This document shows positions 18,217 through 27,682 of a stretch of DNA of 39,189 nucleotides, in pieces; the first letter of the stretch is position 1; each line of letters begins with the position of its first letter. The notes under the pieces were generated by a model, which saw nothing but the letters and a program-made list of their open reading frames with translations, did no database searches and had not been told where the DNA came from. The translations under genes and the position numbers were made by a program. The stretch is taken from positions 1-39,189 of the forward strand of contig JBCCQY010000077.1 in NCBI GenBank assembly GCA_039208735.1, written 5' to 3'. This DNA comes from Myxococcota bacterium. GTDB lineage: Bacteria > Myxococcota_A > UBA796 > GCA-2862545.

Positions 18217-19149
18217 ATGAACCTCGATGACGCCACCCTCGCTCAGCTCCGCATCCTCGTCGCCGTCGCGAAAGCCGACGGTCGGCTTGATGCGGCAGAA
18301 GAGCAAGTGCTTGTGGAACGGGTGGGTCCCGAAGGCGCGTCGCAGTTGCTCACGGTCTTGGCGGAGACCGACATCGACTTGGAGACCGAAATTGCCAAGC
18401 TCGATGATGCACAGCGGCGTCATGTGTACCGCTGTGCTTACGCCGTGACCCACGCCGATGGTCATGCCTCGGTCGAAGAGGTCGCGATGCTGCGGCAGAT
18501 CCTCGATGATGATGGCGAAGTTTCGCTCGCCGGGCAGATCTGGGGCGAGACGAAAGACACGCTCGTGCCCGGCAACATCCTGCCCATCGCAGATCCCGCC
18601 CAGCGCGACAGCGAAGTGACCGAAGACATTCTCAAGTATTCGACGATTGCCGCAGTGGCGGGCGCGATGCCGGTTCCCGGGGTGGCGATTGTGGCCGACC
18701 TCGCGGTCATTGCGTTGCAAACCAAGCTGGTGCACGACATTGCGCGCTACCACGGCGAGCACACGACCACCGATGCCATCCGTGACTTGCTGTCGGGCGT
18801 TGTGGGGTCCTCTGCCGTGCGCATTGGCCTCAACCAACTCGCTCGATTGATTCCGGTCGCGGGGTCGGTGTGGGGCGCGACGACGAGTTTCGCCTCGACC
18901 TACGCGATTGGGCGGGTCGCCCAGCGGTTCTTTGATGGTGGCCAGCAGGTGTCCAGCGCGGAACTGAAGGGCCTCTTTGAGCAGGCCAAGGCCGAGGGTC
19001 GTGAGACGTTCGCCACCCGCAAGGCCGACGTGGACAGCGCCACGCAGGCCCACGAACCCAAGCTCGTCCAGCTCGCAGCCGACCTGTCGTCGGGACGCTT
19101 GTCGCGAGCTGACTACGACCGCCAGGTTCAGGAACTTCTCGCTTCCTGA
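18217..19149 (+). CDS. TerB-like domain fused to DUF697/YcjF-like membrane domain
   Basis: AVAKADGRLDAAE and AVTHADGHASVEE (TerB-like); AGAMPVPG..DL..LQ and LIPVAGS...STYAIG (DUF697-like). Confidence 0.75.
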   Translation: MNLDDATLAQLRILVAVAKADGRLDAAEEQVLVERVGPEGASQLLTVLAETDIDLETEIAKLDDAQRRHVYRCAYAVTHADGHASVEEVAMLRQILDDDGEVSLAGQIWGETKDTLVPGNILPIADPAQRDSEVTEDILKYSTIAAVAGAMPVPGVAIVADLAVIALQTKLVHDIARYHGEHTTTDAIRDLLSGVVGSSAVRIGLNQLARLIPVAGSVWGATTSFASTYAIGRVAQRFFDGGQQVSSAELKGLFEQAKAEGRETFATRKADVDSATQAHEPKLVQLAADLSSGRLSRADYDRQVQELLAS

Positions 19150-19201
19150 CTGGAGTTGAGCGCGGGGGTCACAACCAGGTCCTGCGCGGCCTTGCCCGTC
19201 T

Positions 19202-19225
19202 TATTGAAAGCGGATATCATTTTCA
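19202..19225 (+). promoter_or_regulatory. Fur-box-like site upstream of bfd
   Basis: AT-rich TATTGAAAGCGGATATCATTTTCA in GC-rich context; TGAAAGC-G-GATATCA matches the 7-1-7 Fur consensus at 9 of 14 positions, with an overlapping ATTTTCA half-site. Confidence 0.5.
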
Positions 19226-19246
19226 CCAAGAACGGGAGCCGTAGCG

Positions 19247-19459
19247 ATGATCCTGTGCCTTTGCGAAGGAACTTCGGATCGCCAACTTCGGGAGGCGGTT
19301 CGCGACGGTTGCGATACCGTTCGCGCGTTGGCAAAGCGCACGGGCGCAGGCACCCACTGTGGCCAGTGTGCCTGTGATCTCAAGCGGATCGTCGCGGAGG
19401 CCCGGCGGCACGCGTGTGCCCAGGCCGAGGCCGAGCGGGAGTCGATCGCGGCCAAGTAG
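19247..19459 (+). CDS. bfd: bacterioferritin-associated ferredoxin-like [2Fe-2S] protein
   Basis: MILCLC...SD..I/L...GAGTHCGQC: CxC-x31-CGxC pattern; GGGAG RBS. Confidence 0.88.
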   Translation: MILCLCEGTSDRQLREAVRDGCDTVRALAKRTGAGTHCGQCACDLKRIVAEARRHACAQAEAERESIAAK

Positions 19460-19471
19460 CGGCACGCCCGG

Positions 19472-20353
19472 TCAGGCGACGTGACGGTAGAGCTGGTCGC
19501 GAGGATGTTCGCGGTAGCCCTTTTCGATGGTCTCGATCACCTCATCGAGAGCCTCGGGGTCCAGCGCATCGGGGAGCCGCACGTCGATGTGGGCGTACAG
19601 ATCGCCTTGGATGCCCCGCCGGAGGATGCCTTTGCCACGCGCGCGTAGCGTGCGTCCGGACTGCGTTCCGGCTGGCACCTTCAGGCGAATCACCCCATCG
19701 AGGGTGGGCACGGGTACCGAGCCTCCCCGGAGGGCCTCCCCGACGGTGACCGGCACCTGGACGTGCAGATCTTCTCCTTCGCGGCGAAACAAGGGATGAG
19801 GACCCACCTCGAGGGTCAGCAGTAAATCGCTTTGGCTTCCCGTTCGTGGATCGGGTTGGCCCTGCCCTTTGAGCCGTAAGGTCTCCCCGTCGCGCACCCC
19901 CGGAGGGATGCGGACATCGATGGTGCGCCCGTCGCCAAAGCTCAGGCTGTGCTGGCCACCGCGTGCAGCGTCCATGAAGTCGAGGCCGAGGCGGGCCCGG
20001 GTGGCTTGAGGGCCGCGGCCCATCTGCGAGAAGAAGCCACCGAAGAGGTCGTCCAGATCGATGCCGTCCGCACCGAAGCCGGGGGGAGCGCCGTGCGCGG
20101 TGCGTCGAGCGTACGTGGGGTCGAATCCAGGCTCGAGACTGACAGGGCCAAACTCGTCAAACAGGTTTCGTTTCTCGGCATCCGAAAGCACGTCGAATGC
20201 GGCACCAATCTCCTTGAACTTGGTTTCGGCTTCAGGGTTGTCGGGGTTGCGATCGGGATGCCATTGCTTGGCAAGGGTGCGGTAGGCCTTCTTGATGTCG
20301 TCGTCGGACGCATCGCGGGCCACGCCCAACACCCGATAGGGATCTTGGTTCAT
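19472..20353 (-). CDS. DnaJ-class chaperone without zinc finger (CbpA-like)
   Basis: DPYRVLGV, [15 protein letters not shown]-domain, G/F region, IPPGVRDG and [16 protein letters not shown]-terminal domain; GGAGG RBS before ATG 20353. Confidence 0.92.
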   Translation of the reverse strand: MNQDPYRVLGVARDASDDDIKKAYRTLAKQWHPDRNPDNPEAETKFKEIGAAFDVLSDAEKRNLFDEFGPVSLEPGFDPTYARRTAHGAPPGFGADGIDLDDLFGGFFSQMGRGPQATRARLGLDFMDAARGGQHSLSFGDGRTIDVRIPPGVRDGETLRLKGQGQPDPRTGSQSDLLLTLEVGPHPLFRREGEDLHVQVPVTVGEALRGGSVPVPTLDGVIRLKVPAGTQSGRTLRARGKGILRRGIQGDLYAHIDVRLPDALDPEALDEVIETIEKGYREHPRDQLYRHVA

Positions 20354-20436
20354 GACGCCTCCCATTCATGACGGGGGTTGCTTGTCAGAAACCTAGGCAC
20401 CCTGCGCCGAGCGCCAAACCCGCAGGCCGGAGGGTT

Positions 20437-21234
20437 ATGCCTCCCCGTATGCTGATGCTGTTTGGGGCCTGGTTGTCCTGTGCGATGCTGACGGTGTGGG
20501 CCTTCTTCGTTGCAGGAAGGCTCCGTTCCGTATGGTGGGCTCGACTGGCATTGGTGGCCGGTCTTGCTCCCCTCGTCTTTCTCATCGTGCAGCGACTGCC
20601 GCGTCCGCAGCTCGAGCTTCCAGAGCTTGGGCTGACGCTGGGCTTCACGGGAATTCTGCTAGGCGTTTGGGGGGCGGCCGTTACTTGGGCCCGGGAGTTG
20701 CCCGCCTCGCCCAAGGTGGACGCTTCTCGGATGCGCTGGGATCCTCGCCCAAGTCATCGGCCCACCTGGGTCATCGTGATGGGCATGTCGACCTTGCTGA
20801 CGTTCGCCCTCGTGGCCGTTCAACAGCCCCTCCTGGCCGTGATGCCATGGGGGCTTCTGGCCATCGCCTACGCGTGGGCCCATCAAGGACTGCGGGGGCC
20901 GGTTCGGGTCGAAGCTCGCGACGTGGTGTTTGGCAACGAACGCATGGCGATCGACGATCTGTCCCGCGTGATTCGCGATGTTCGCTATTTTGGACCCGTG
21001 CGACGGGAACATCTGGTCGTGAAGCACAACGACCGGCTTGTCTGTTGGCTGGTCACAGGCAGCCCCACCGAAGACGTGCTCGCAGTGGTGCACCTGATTC
21101 ACCAGCAGCAGGCGTTTGCCGCGAACCACACCATCGATCGGGGAGCGCTAGTCGATCCGCCCCAATGGCTCGCGGGCATCCAGGAGCGTGGGGCGCGCCC
21201 ATTCGCCCTGCAGCCGAATGGGGAAGCGACGTAG
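20437..21234 (+). CDS. hypothetical membrane protein (about 5 TM helices plus soluble beta-rich C-terminus)
   Basis: Hydrophobic helices; GGAGG RBS before ATG 20437; 87-nt convergent overlap with the next gene. Confidence 0.65.
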   Translation: MPPRMLMLFGAWLSCAMLTVWAFFVAGRLRSVWWARLALVAGLAPLVFLIVQRLPRPQLELPELGLTLGFTGILLGVWGAAVTWARELPASPKVDASRMRWDPRPSHRPTWVIVMGMSTLLTFALVAVQQPLLAVMPWGLLAIAYAWAHQGLRGPVRVEARDVVFGNERMAIDDLSRVIRDVRYFGPVRREHLVVKHNDRLVCWLVTGSPTEDVLAVVHLIHQQQAFAANHTIDRGALVDPPQWLAGIQERGARPFALQPNGEAT

Positions 21235-22332
21235 CGGACGGCGCCCGGGGTCCACCGGACGTCGAGGCAGCCAATCCACGGGCCGATCCAACAGCCAGCC
21301 TGCGACGGCTTCTCCGGCCGCGGCAGCACACGTGACGCCAGCCCCCCCCAGGCCGGCAAGCCACCACAGTCCGGGGCGCTCGGGATCGGGGCCCAGCAGC
21401 GGTCGACGATCCGGGGCAAACGTGCGCAGTCCGCTCCACCCGGTCTCGAAAGGGACCTCGGCCAGTGCGGGGAAGGCATGGGCGAGGCGCTTTCGAGTCT
21501 GCTGCTCCATTTGAGGGTCGGCGTCTGCGGTGGTGCCCGGGGCGTGGGGCACGTCTTCGGGTTGCTCGTCACAACCACACACCAAGAAGCGATCCCCGTC
21601 CGGTCGAACGTAGAGCCCCACATCATCAAGCCAAACCCAAGGGGCATGGGCCTCGGCAAGAGGATGGGGTGCGGTTCGCCAAATCGATCGACGCAAGGGC
21701 AAGAGCGGGCGATGGACGCCCGCCAACGCTCCCAGTCGCTGACCAAAGGCCCCTGCAGCCAGCACGACGGCGTCCGCCTCGATGGGGCCTTGTTCGGTTT
21801 GAACTCCTGTGATGGCGTCTGTGCCGAGAAAACCCACGACGGTCGTTCGCAATCGCAATTCACCTTCATGGCGAGCCAGTGTCGCGGCGAAGCCTCGCAT
21901 CATGATGGCCGGATCCGCGATCTGGGCTGAGGGCAGCCACCATGCGGTCTCCCAGGCATCCGCGGAAGCCCACCGCGGAACCGCCGGGGGATGGTCAACG
22001 GGGATGCCTCGCGCGCGAAGGTGCGCCACGGCATCGTCGAGATGATGGGGATCCAAGGCTAAACCTACGATGGCGCCGGTGGTTCGAGCCGGAGGGGCTT
22101 CCGCCCAATCTTCACCGGGGTCCTGGAGCCAACGCGCCGAGCGAACGGCGAGCACGCGTTCGACCGGATCTTCTGCAAGAGTGCGGATCATGGACGCGTT
22201 TTGGGAACTCGCTTCCGCACCGAGCGCGGTCCCTTGATCGACGACCAACACATGGCGGTGAGGAGCGAGATGGTGGGCGAGCGCAAGGCCGCCAAGCCCT
22301 GCGCCCACGATGACAACGTCGACTCGGGGCAT
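21148..22332 (-). CDS. FAD-dependent oxidoreductase (DAO/glycine oxidase family)
   Basis: VVIVGAGLGG, ASSQNAS, VVLAAGA, WSGLRTFAPDRRPLLG and AGLGGAG motifs. Confidence 0.92.
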   Translation of the reverse strand: MPRVDVVIVGAGLGGLALAHHLAPHRHVLVVDQGTALGAEASSQNASMIRTLAEDPVERVLAVRSARWLQDPGEDWAEAPPARTTGAIVGLALDPHHLDDAVAHLRARGIPVDHPPAVPRWASADAWETAWWLPSAQIADPAIMMRGFAATLARHEGELRLRTTVVGFLGTDAITGVQTEQGPIEADAVVLAAGAFGQRLGALAGVHRPLLPLRRSIWRTAPHPLAEAHAPWVWLDDVGLYVRPDGDRFLVCGCDEQPEDVPHAPGTTADADPQMEQQTRKRLAHAFPALAEVPFETGWSGLRTFAPDRRPLLGPDPERPGLWWLAGLGGAGVTCAAAAGEAVAGWLLDRPVDWLPRRPVDPGRRPLRRFPIRLQGEWARPTLLDAREPLGRID

Positions 22333-22353
22333 GCGGACTTGATTAACCCCAGG

Positions 22354-22911
22354 TCAGCTCGACGGACGCAGGGTGAAGGGGAGCTCCACGGGGGTCGCGC
22401 GAGCCGACGTGGGGAAACGCCAACGCGTCACACGGCGTTCAATGCAACGCGAAAGTTCGGGATCTCCCAATCCCTTGCCTTTTACCGCCGCACCGCTCAC
22501 CGACCCATCGGGCAGCACCCGCCAGGTCACCGTCATGCGGCCGGCCAATCCAGGGTCGGCCTTCAACGACCGCTCGTAGCACGCACGGACTTGGCCCATG
22601 GCCGCCCCTACGGTGTCCCAAATCTGGTCGCCTGACAATCCGGGTCGAAGGATCGTCCGTCGAACCGGAGCCGCGACCGGCTGAGGGCGTGCGACGGGAG
22701 GTGCGTGCCCTGAAAGGTGTTTGGGCGACGACGTGGATGCAGCAGGGGCGACCGCGGTGGCGGTGACGGCGGACGGCGCAAGGGCTGCGGCAAATGCACC
22801 TCCTGGCACCTTGGGAGCCGCCACGGTCTGTTCCACGGTTTCGTGGCCGCAACCGAGCATCATGAGGCAGATCAAAAAAATAGGCCAACGCAACGACATC
22901 GCCATCTCCAT
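22354..22911 (-). CDS. putative lipoprotein with AgmX/PglI-type TonB-C-terminal-like domain
   Basis: Lipobox-like MLGC; Ala/Pro linker; VRACYERSLKADPGLAGRMTVTW...DGSV...CI..WRFP. The start could be one of the next two Met codons. Confidence 0.8.
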   Translation of the reverse strand: MEMAMSLRWPIFLICLMMLGCGHETVEQTVAAPKVPGGAFAAALAPSAVTATAVAPAASTSSPKHLSGHAPPVARPQPVAAPVRRTILRPGLSGDQIWDTVGAAMGQVRACYERSLKADPGLAGRMTVTWRVLPDGSVSGAAVKGKGLGDPELSRCIERRVTRWRFPTSARATPVELPFTLRPSS

Positions 22912-22959
22912 GAGTCAACGGCGAGATCTTCGACACATGACGAGCGCTCGTTGAGCGGA

Positions 22960-23748
22960 TCAGTTCGTGAAGGGCGCTATGGGGGTTCCGTCACCGGCTG
23001 CGAGGGGCTCGTGGCCCGCGCGATAGTGCTTGAGCGACCAGGTGTTGGCGCGCGCTTCGAGACTGCGGAGCACGGATTCAAGACGGGACTTTGCGAGCCG
23101 AGCGACGAGCCAGTCGGGAATCAAACCGCCCACCGTGGACGAGGCGGAGTACGCCGTGAGGACTGTGCCGTCGCCCAGGTCTGCCATCGTCCAGGAGCCC
23201 CGATTCGTGGGCGTAAAGATGGCCCGATCGAGATGATCGAGCGTGATGCCACGGGGCTGGTCCCGCTCGACGGTGCTGCGAACGCGCTCGAGGCCGTCTT
23301 CTTCGAGCACCCAGGTGTGCTCCCAACAGCGTTGCCCGGTCTTCTGTGCCATGCGGTGGTTGTTGTTCGACTCCACCACCCACTGCCGATCTTGGAGGGG
23401 GCGGGGGAGATCGAAGTAGCCGTACCAAAGCTTTCGGTCGGGTCCTCGAGACTCCACGATGAACTCGGTGAGGCTTGGATCGACCTGGGCATGAGGGTCT
23501 TGGCACGCAACCCAGAGGGCTTCTCGAGGCGCCTTCAACAAGGCCAAGCCGACTGCGGTACTCGGCTGGTCCTTGTGCTGGTTGAGGATGCGCACGACCT
23601 CACCATCTCGCAGGGCCTGCTTTTGGTCGGCGGAGAGGATGGGCAACGGGTGCACCGGGTCCACCGAACACGCCGCCAAGGCTTGATCGAGGTCGACGGG
23701 CGGCAGCCCCGCGTAGGCGAAGACGGACACGATGGCGAGCACGGGCAT
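22960..23748 (-). CDS. START/SRPBCC-fold lipid-binding protein, probably exported
   Basis: YGYFDLPRPLQDRQWVV and GSWTMADLGDG...GGLIPDWLV motifs; GGGAG RBS. Confidence 0.7.
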   Translation of the reverse strand: MPVLAIVSVFAYAGLPPVDLDQALAACSVDPVHPLPILSADQKQALRDGEVVRILNQHKDQPSTAVGLALLKAPREALWVACQDPHAQVDPSLTEFIVESRGPDRKLWYGYFDLPRPLQDRQWVVESNNNHRMAQKTGQRCWEHTWVLEEDGLERVRSTVERDQPRGITLDHLDRAIFTPTNRGSWTMADLGDGTVLTAYSASSTVGGLIPDWLVARLAKSRLESVLRSLEARANTWSLKHYRAGHEPLAAGDGTPIAPFTN

Positions 23749-23765
23749 GGCGGCTCCCTCCGTCG

Positions 23766-24254
23766 CTACTCCAGCTGTAGGGGCAGCGCGGACAGATCGA
23801 CGACCTTATTGGCGTCATCACCGAAGATCGCGTTGAAGATGGCGTTGTTGATCCGTTCTTCCGCCCGCGTATCGTCGAGGGTACCCACGATGCGATAGTC
23901 GAGCCGCCCGTTGCCCCAGCAATCCTCGATCGACTTCAGGCGCTGCACGTCGAAGGTGAAGCTGCCCGCGGAGCTGCTCGTGCTGCCCAGGACCTGCGGA
24001 GGCTGAAAGGTAAAGTCCTGCAACGCGACGGTCGCCCCCGTGGCGGGTTGCCCGCCGAGGGCGTTGATCCCACCCGTCAGCATGATGTCGTGAAACGTGG
24101 TCTTGCCGCAATCGTCGCCGAATGTGGAGCCACGCTTGTACGGTACCGTCGTCTTTCCGGTGTCGCCTGTGGCTCCCGAAGCGACTTCGTTCGTGGAACT
24201 ACAGCCCATTAGGGCCCAACCCAACGCCAACACACCAAAATTCACGTGCTTCAT
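23766..24254 (-). CDS. hypothetical lipoprotein
   Basis: MKHVNFGVLALGWALMGC signal and lipobox; beta-rich mature part with two further Cys. Confidence 0.65.
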   Translation of the reverse strand: MKHVNFGVLALGWALMGCSSTNEVASGATGDTGKTTVPYKRGSTFGDDCGKTTFHDIMLTGGINALGGQPATGATVALQDFTFQPPQVLGSTSSSAGSFTFDVQRLKSIEDCWGNGRLDYRIVGTLDDTRAEERINNAIFNAIFGDDANKVVDLSALPLQLE

Positions 24255-24303
24255 GGCGCGCGAGTTAACCGGTCGGCTATGGGGCTGCGAACTACAAGAG
24301 CGC

Positions 24304-24361
24304 AAAAAAGGGGCCGGGTGGGGGATGCCCATGCGAGCCCACGACGATTCCCCACCCGGCC
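24304..24361 (-). terminator. intrinsic terminator-like hairpin downstream of gltA
   Basis: 12-bp perfect stem GGCCGGGTGGGG/CCCCACCCGGCC (24312-24323/24350-24361) followed on the minus strand by CC-TTTTTT; loop unusually long. Confidence 0.6.
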
Positions 24362-24485
24362 ACACTGACCCTGTACAAGACGTACGCTTGTCGGCGCCGA
24401 TCGGCGTGTCGCGAACGGTCTCGGTACGACTCAGGCAGTCAGCTGGAGCGGTGGCCAATGCGTGGCCACCGTGCTCCGGAGGCGG

Positions 24486-25745
24486 TTATCGCGGCAGGAA
24501 GTCGCGCGCGTTTTCGCCGGTGTAGATCTGGCGGGGGCGATGAATGCGGTAGCCCGAGGGGGCCTCACGCATCTCCTTCCAGTGGGCGATCCAGCCGGGA
24601 AGGCGACCAAGCGCGAACATCACGGTGAACATCGAGGTCGGGATGCCCATCGCCCGGTAGATGATGCCCGAGTAGAAGTCCACGTTCGGGTAGAGTTTCC
24701 GCTCGACGAAGTAGGAATCTTCGAGGGCTGCCGTTTCGAGCTGCTTCGCAAGATCGAGCAGCGGGTCATGGACGCCGAGTTCGTTGAAGATCCGGTCAGC
24801 GGCCGTCTTGAGCAGGCGGGCACGTGGGTCGAAGTTCTTGTAGACCCGGTGACCGAAGCCCATGAGGCGCACTTCGCGGGCCTTGACGCGCTCGAGGAAG
24901 CCCGGCAGGTTCGATCCTGAGGTCTGGATCTGCTCGAGCATTTCGATGACGGCCTGGTTGGCACCACCATGACGAGGGCCCCACAATGCGCAGATCGCAG
25001 CCGAGATCGACGCGTACAGGTTGGCCTCGGAGCTACCGACCATCCGCATTGTCGACGTCGAGCAATTCTGCTCGTGATCGGCGTGAAGGATGAGCAGGAG
25101 GTTCAGTGCGTCGACGAGCACCGGCGAGATCTCGTACTCCTCGGACGGCACTGCGAACATCATGCGCAGGAAGTTGGCCGAGAACGACAGATCGTTGCGC
25201 GGGTAAATGAACGGCTGCCCGATCGACTTTTTGTGGGCAAACGCGGCCAGCGTCTTCGACTTCGCGATGATGCGGATGATGTTGAGATCCGTCTCTTCGG
25301 GCGTGTCGGCGTAGAACGTCGACATCGACGCGACCATCGACGCCATGATGGCCATCGGGTGGGCCGACGGCGGATAACCCTCGAAGAACTTCTTCATGTC
25401 TTCGTGGAGCAGCGTGTGATGGGTCAGTTCGTCGCGGAAGCGGTCGAGCTCTTCGGTCGTGGGTCGGTGCCCGTAGATCAGCAGGTAGCAGACCTCGACG
25501 AAGGTGGCGTTCTGCGCCACTTGCTCGATCGGGTACCCGCGGTAGCGCAGGATCCCTTTCTCGCCATCGATGAACGTGATCGCGGAACGGCAAGCCCCGG
25601 TGTTGCCGTAGCCATCGTCGAGCGTCACCACGCCCGCATCACGGCGCAGCTTCCCGATGTCGATGCCGACCTCGCCTTCGGTACCCTTGACCAATGGCAG
25701 TTCGTAGTCCTGTCCGCCCACAGAAAGCTTTGCAGTGTTGTCCAT
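24486..25745 (-). CDS. gltA: citrate synthase
   Basis: ITFIDGEKGILRYRGY, LHADHEQNCST, GPRHGGAN, MGFGHRVYKNFDPR and YPNVDFYSG motifs; GAGGAG RBS before ATG 25745. Confidence 0.97.
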   Translation of the reverse strand: MDNTAKLSVGGQDYELPLVKGTEGEVGIDIGKLRRDAGVVTLDDGYGNTGACRSAITFIDGEKGILRYRGYPIEQVAQNATFVEVCYLLIYGHRPTTEELDRFRDELTHHTLLHEDMKKFFEGYPPSAHPMAIMASMVASMSTFYADTPEETDLNIIRIIAKSKTLAAFAHKKSIGQPFIYPRNDLSFSANFLRMMFAVPSEEYEISPVLVDALNLLLILHADHEQNCSTSTMRMVGSSEANLYASISAAICALWGPRHGGANQAVIEMLEQIQTSGSNLPGFLERVKAREVRLMGFGHRVYKNFDPRARLLKTAADRIFNELGVHDPLLDLAKQLETAALEDSYFVERKLYPNVDFYSGIIYRAMGIPTSMFTVMFALGRLPGWIAHWKEMREAPSGYRIHRPRQIYTGENARDFLPR

Positions 25746-25842
25746 CGACTCCTCTCGCCGGCAGTCAGGTTGACCGCCGATTGACCCACCGTAGCCTGAC
25801 CGGCCCGTCATCTCTTCCTGGTCCCGAGGATACATCTCGAAC

Positions 25843-26976
25843 ATGTCCGACGAGCTGCGCCGACCATCTTGGGCTGCGAGAATTCGCCGCCTCAAACCTT
25901 TTGAGTTCTTCGAGAAGTACCGGAGGCGGGTCAGCCGGGGTCCAAGCCCCGCGAGCACTCCTCCCACGAAAGACAGTGACAAGGCCCTGACCATCGAGCA
26001 GCTCGCGTTTGAAACGGGCTGGGGGATGCAACTCGCGTTGCGGCTGTTCATGCCGATCTGCGGTGCATTCTTCGTCGCGTCATTCCTTTGGGACTACCAC
26101 GATATCGTGCGATCGTGTTCGGTGGCGGGCATGATCGGGTTTGCCACCAACTGGGTGGCAATCAAAATGCTGTTTCGCCCTCGCGAAAAGCGGCCGATCT
26201 TTGGCCAGGGGCTCATTCCATCGCAGCGAGACCAGTTGATCGAGAAGGTGGCCGACGAGGTCCTGCGCAACCTCATCAACGAAGAGCTGATCCTCCAAAA
26301 AATTGAGGAAACAAGGATCGTCCAGCGGCTTTCGACCTCGGCCATCGAAAAGGTCCAGCAAATTACGCAGGACGAAGAGTTTAAGGGAGATCTTCGTCGG
26401 GTGATCCTCACCTGGGTTGCGGAGATCACGAGCAACCCTGAGTTTCGCCAACGCCTCGGCGACCGCTTCGAAACGAGCCTCATGGAGGTTGCGGGCGAGG
26501 GCATGCAACGGTGGCTGGTGGAGCGGCTCAAGACCACGTGGCGGGGGCCGCTGCTCAAGGTGCTCAACCGCGAAATCGAAGACCTCGAAAACACGGTCGA
26601 CGAAGGGCTCGAACATCTCGACGATCTACTGGATCAGGTGCCTCGCTACGTTGCACGTCACCAAGACGAGATCGACAAAGTCCTTTCGCGCATGATGGTG
26701 GGCTTGGTTCGCGAAGTGGACGTTCGTCACATCGTTCTCGAACAGCTGTCGACGGTGACCACCGAGCAGCTCGAAGACGGCTTCAAGCAGTTTTCGGACG
26801 ACAAGCTGTCGTTCATCACCCTGCTGGGGGGCGTGTTGGGGGTGATCGGCGGCAGCGTGATCGTCTGGCCCATCGGCAGCCTTGCCACGCTCGCCACGCT
26901 CTTCGTGATGTTGTTCATGGCCGATGTGATCGCGAAGCCGCTGATGGACAGCACGTTCTGGCCGAGACGTCGCTGA
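25843..26976 (+). CDS. DUF445 family membrane protein
   Basis: AGMIGFATNWVAIKMLFRP, QGLIP and C-terminal LSFITLLGGVLGVIGG. Confidence 0.88.
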   Translation: MSDELRRPSWAARIRRLKPFEFFEKYRRRVSRGPSPASTPPTKDSDKALTIEQLAFETGWGMQLALRLFMPICGAFFVASFLWDYHDIVRSCSVAGMIGFATNWVAIKMLFRPREKRPIFGQGLIPSQRDQLIEKVADEVLRNLINEELILQKIEETRIVQRLSTSAIEKVQQITQDEEFKGDLRRVILTWVAEITSNPEFRQRLGDRFETSLMEVAGEGMQRWLVERLKTTWRGPLLKVLNREIEDLENTVDEGLEHLDDLLDQVPRYVARHQDEIDKVLSRMMVGLVREVDVRHIVLEQLSTVTTEQLEDGFKQFSDDKLSFITLLGGVLGVIGGSVIVWPIGSLATLATLFVMLFMADVIAKPLMDSTFWPRRR

Positions 26977-27004
26977 GCGATAGCCGGACTGGGGCGCGAC
27001 TGGC

Positions 27005-27682
27005 ATGCTGCGCGTCATGGCTGAAGAACCTCACGACTCCTCCTGGCCTTCATGGCGGGCGGCCCTCATTGCGGGGGTCCTGCTCGTGCACTGCACCCTG
27101 GCTGCCCCGCTGCCGCACGTCATCACCGATGCCGAGCTAAAAACGCCCACCGCTCGCGAAGAGATTCGGCGCTGGACGGAACGGCTTTCGGCCGTGGGCC
27201 TCGACATGGAACCGGTGGTCTTCGGAAAACGGGTGCAGGCGGTCTCCTCTGCGATTGGCCGAACCCACAACGCCCTGAAGCGTCCGTACCGACCGATCGG
27301 GAAGCTCACGGGGACGGGTCAGGGGTGGGCATTGTTTGCCAATCCCAACCTGCATCCCCACCGCTTCAATGTGCGGGTGGCGAAGGGCGAGGGTCCCTTT
27401 GAGGACCGTTACCTCCAACTCGACCCTGAACACGATTGGTGGCGCGCCCGGTTGCGGTACCGACGGGTCCGAGGATGCTGGGACACCGTGCTGGGCTTGC
27501 GGCTTAGCCAGAAGCGGTTTGGTCGTTGGCTGGCCAACACCATCTTCGAGGCCGAACCCGACGTCACGCGCGTGCAGACCCGGATGATTCGAACGCATAC
27601 GAATGTGCCCGGCCAACGCCCCAGCGCGCGCCCCACCCGGCCTCGGCAGGTGCTCACGTTCAGGCGGGAGGACGCACCGTGA
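27005..27682 (+). CDS. membrane-anchored SdpA/DUF5819-like protein (HTTM partner)
   Basis: N-terminal TM helix; GTGQGWALFANP motif; GTGA overlap with the HTTM gene. Start may be ATG 27017. Confidence 0.55.
   Translation: MLRVMAEEPHDSSWPSWRAALIAGVLLVHCTLAAPLPHVITDAELKTPTAREEIRRWTERLSAVGLDMEPVVFGKRVQAVSSAIGRTHNALKRPYRPIGKLTGTGQGWALFANPNLHPHRFNVRVAKGEGPFEDRYLQLDPEHDWWRARLRYRRVRGCWDTVLGLRLSQKRFGRWLANTIFEAEPDVTRVQTRMIRTHTNVPGQRPSARPTRPRQVLTFRREDAP

Noticed and set aside
19472..20353. CbpA-like gene without a cbpM/MerR partner
   Set aside because: Common arrangement and not informative by itself
21148..21234. 87-nt convergent overlap of two CDS
   Set aside because: Tail-to-tail overlaps are common in GC-rich genomes; no sign of dual function
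24455..24469. GG-N10-GC sigma-54-like spacing on the minus strand
   Set aside because: The -12 element is TGGC rather than TTGC, and the pattern is explained by the hairpin palindrome
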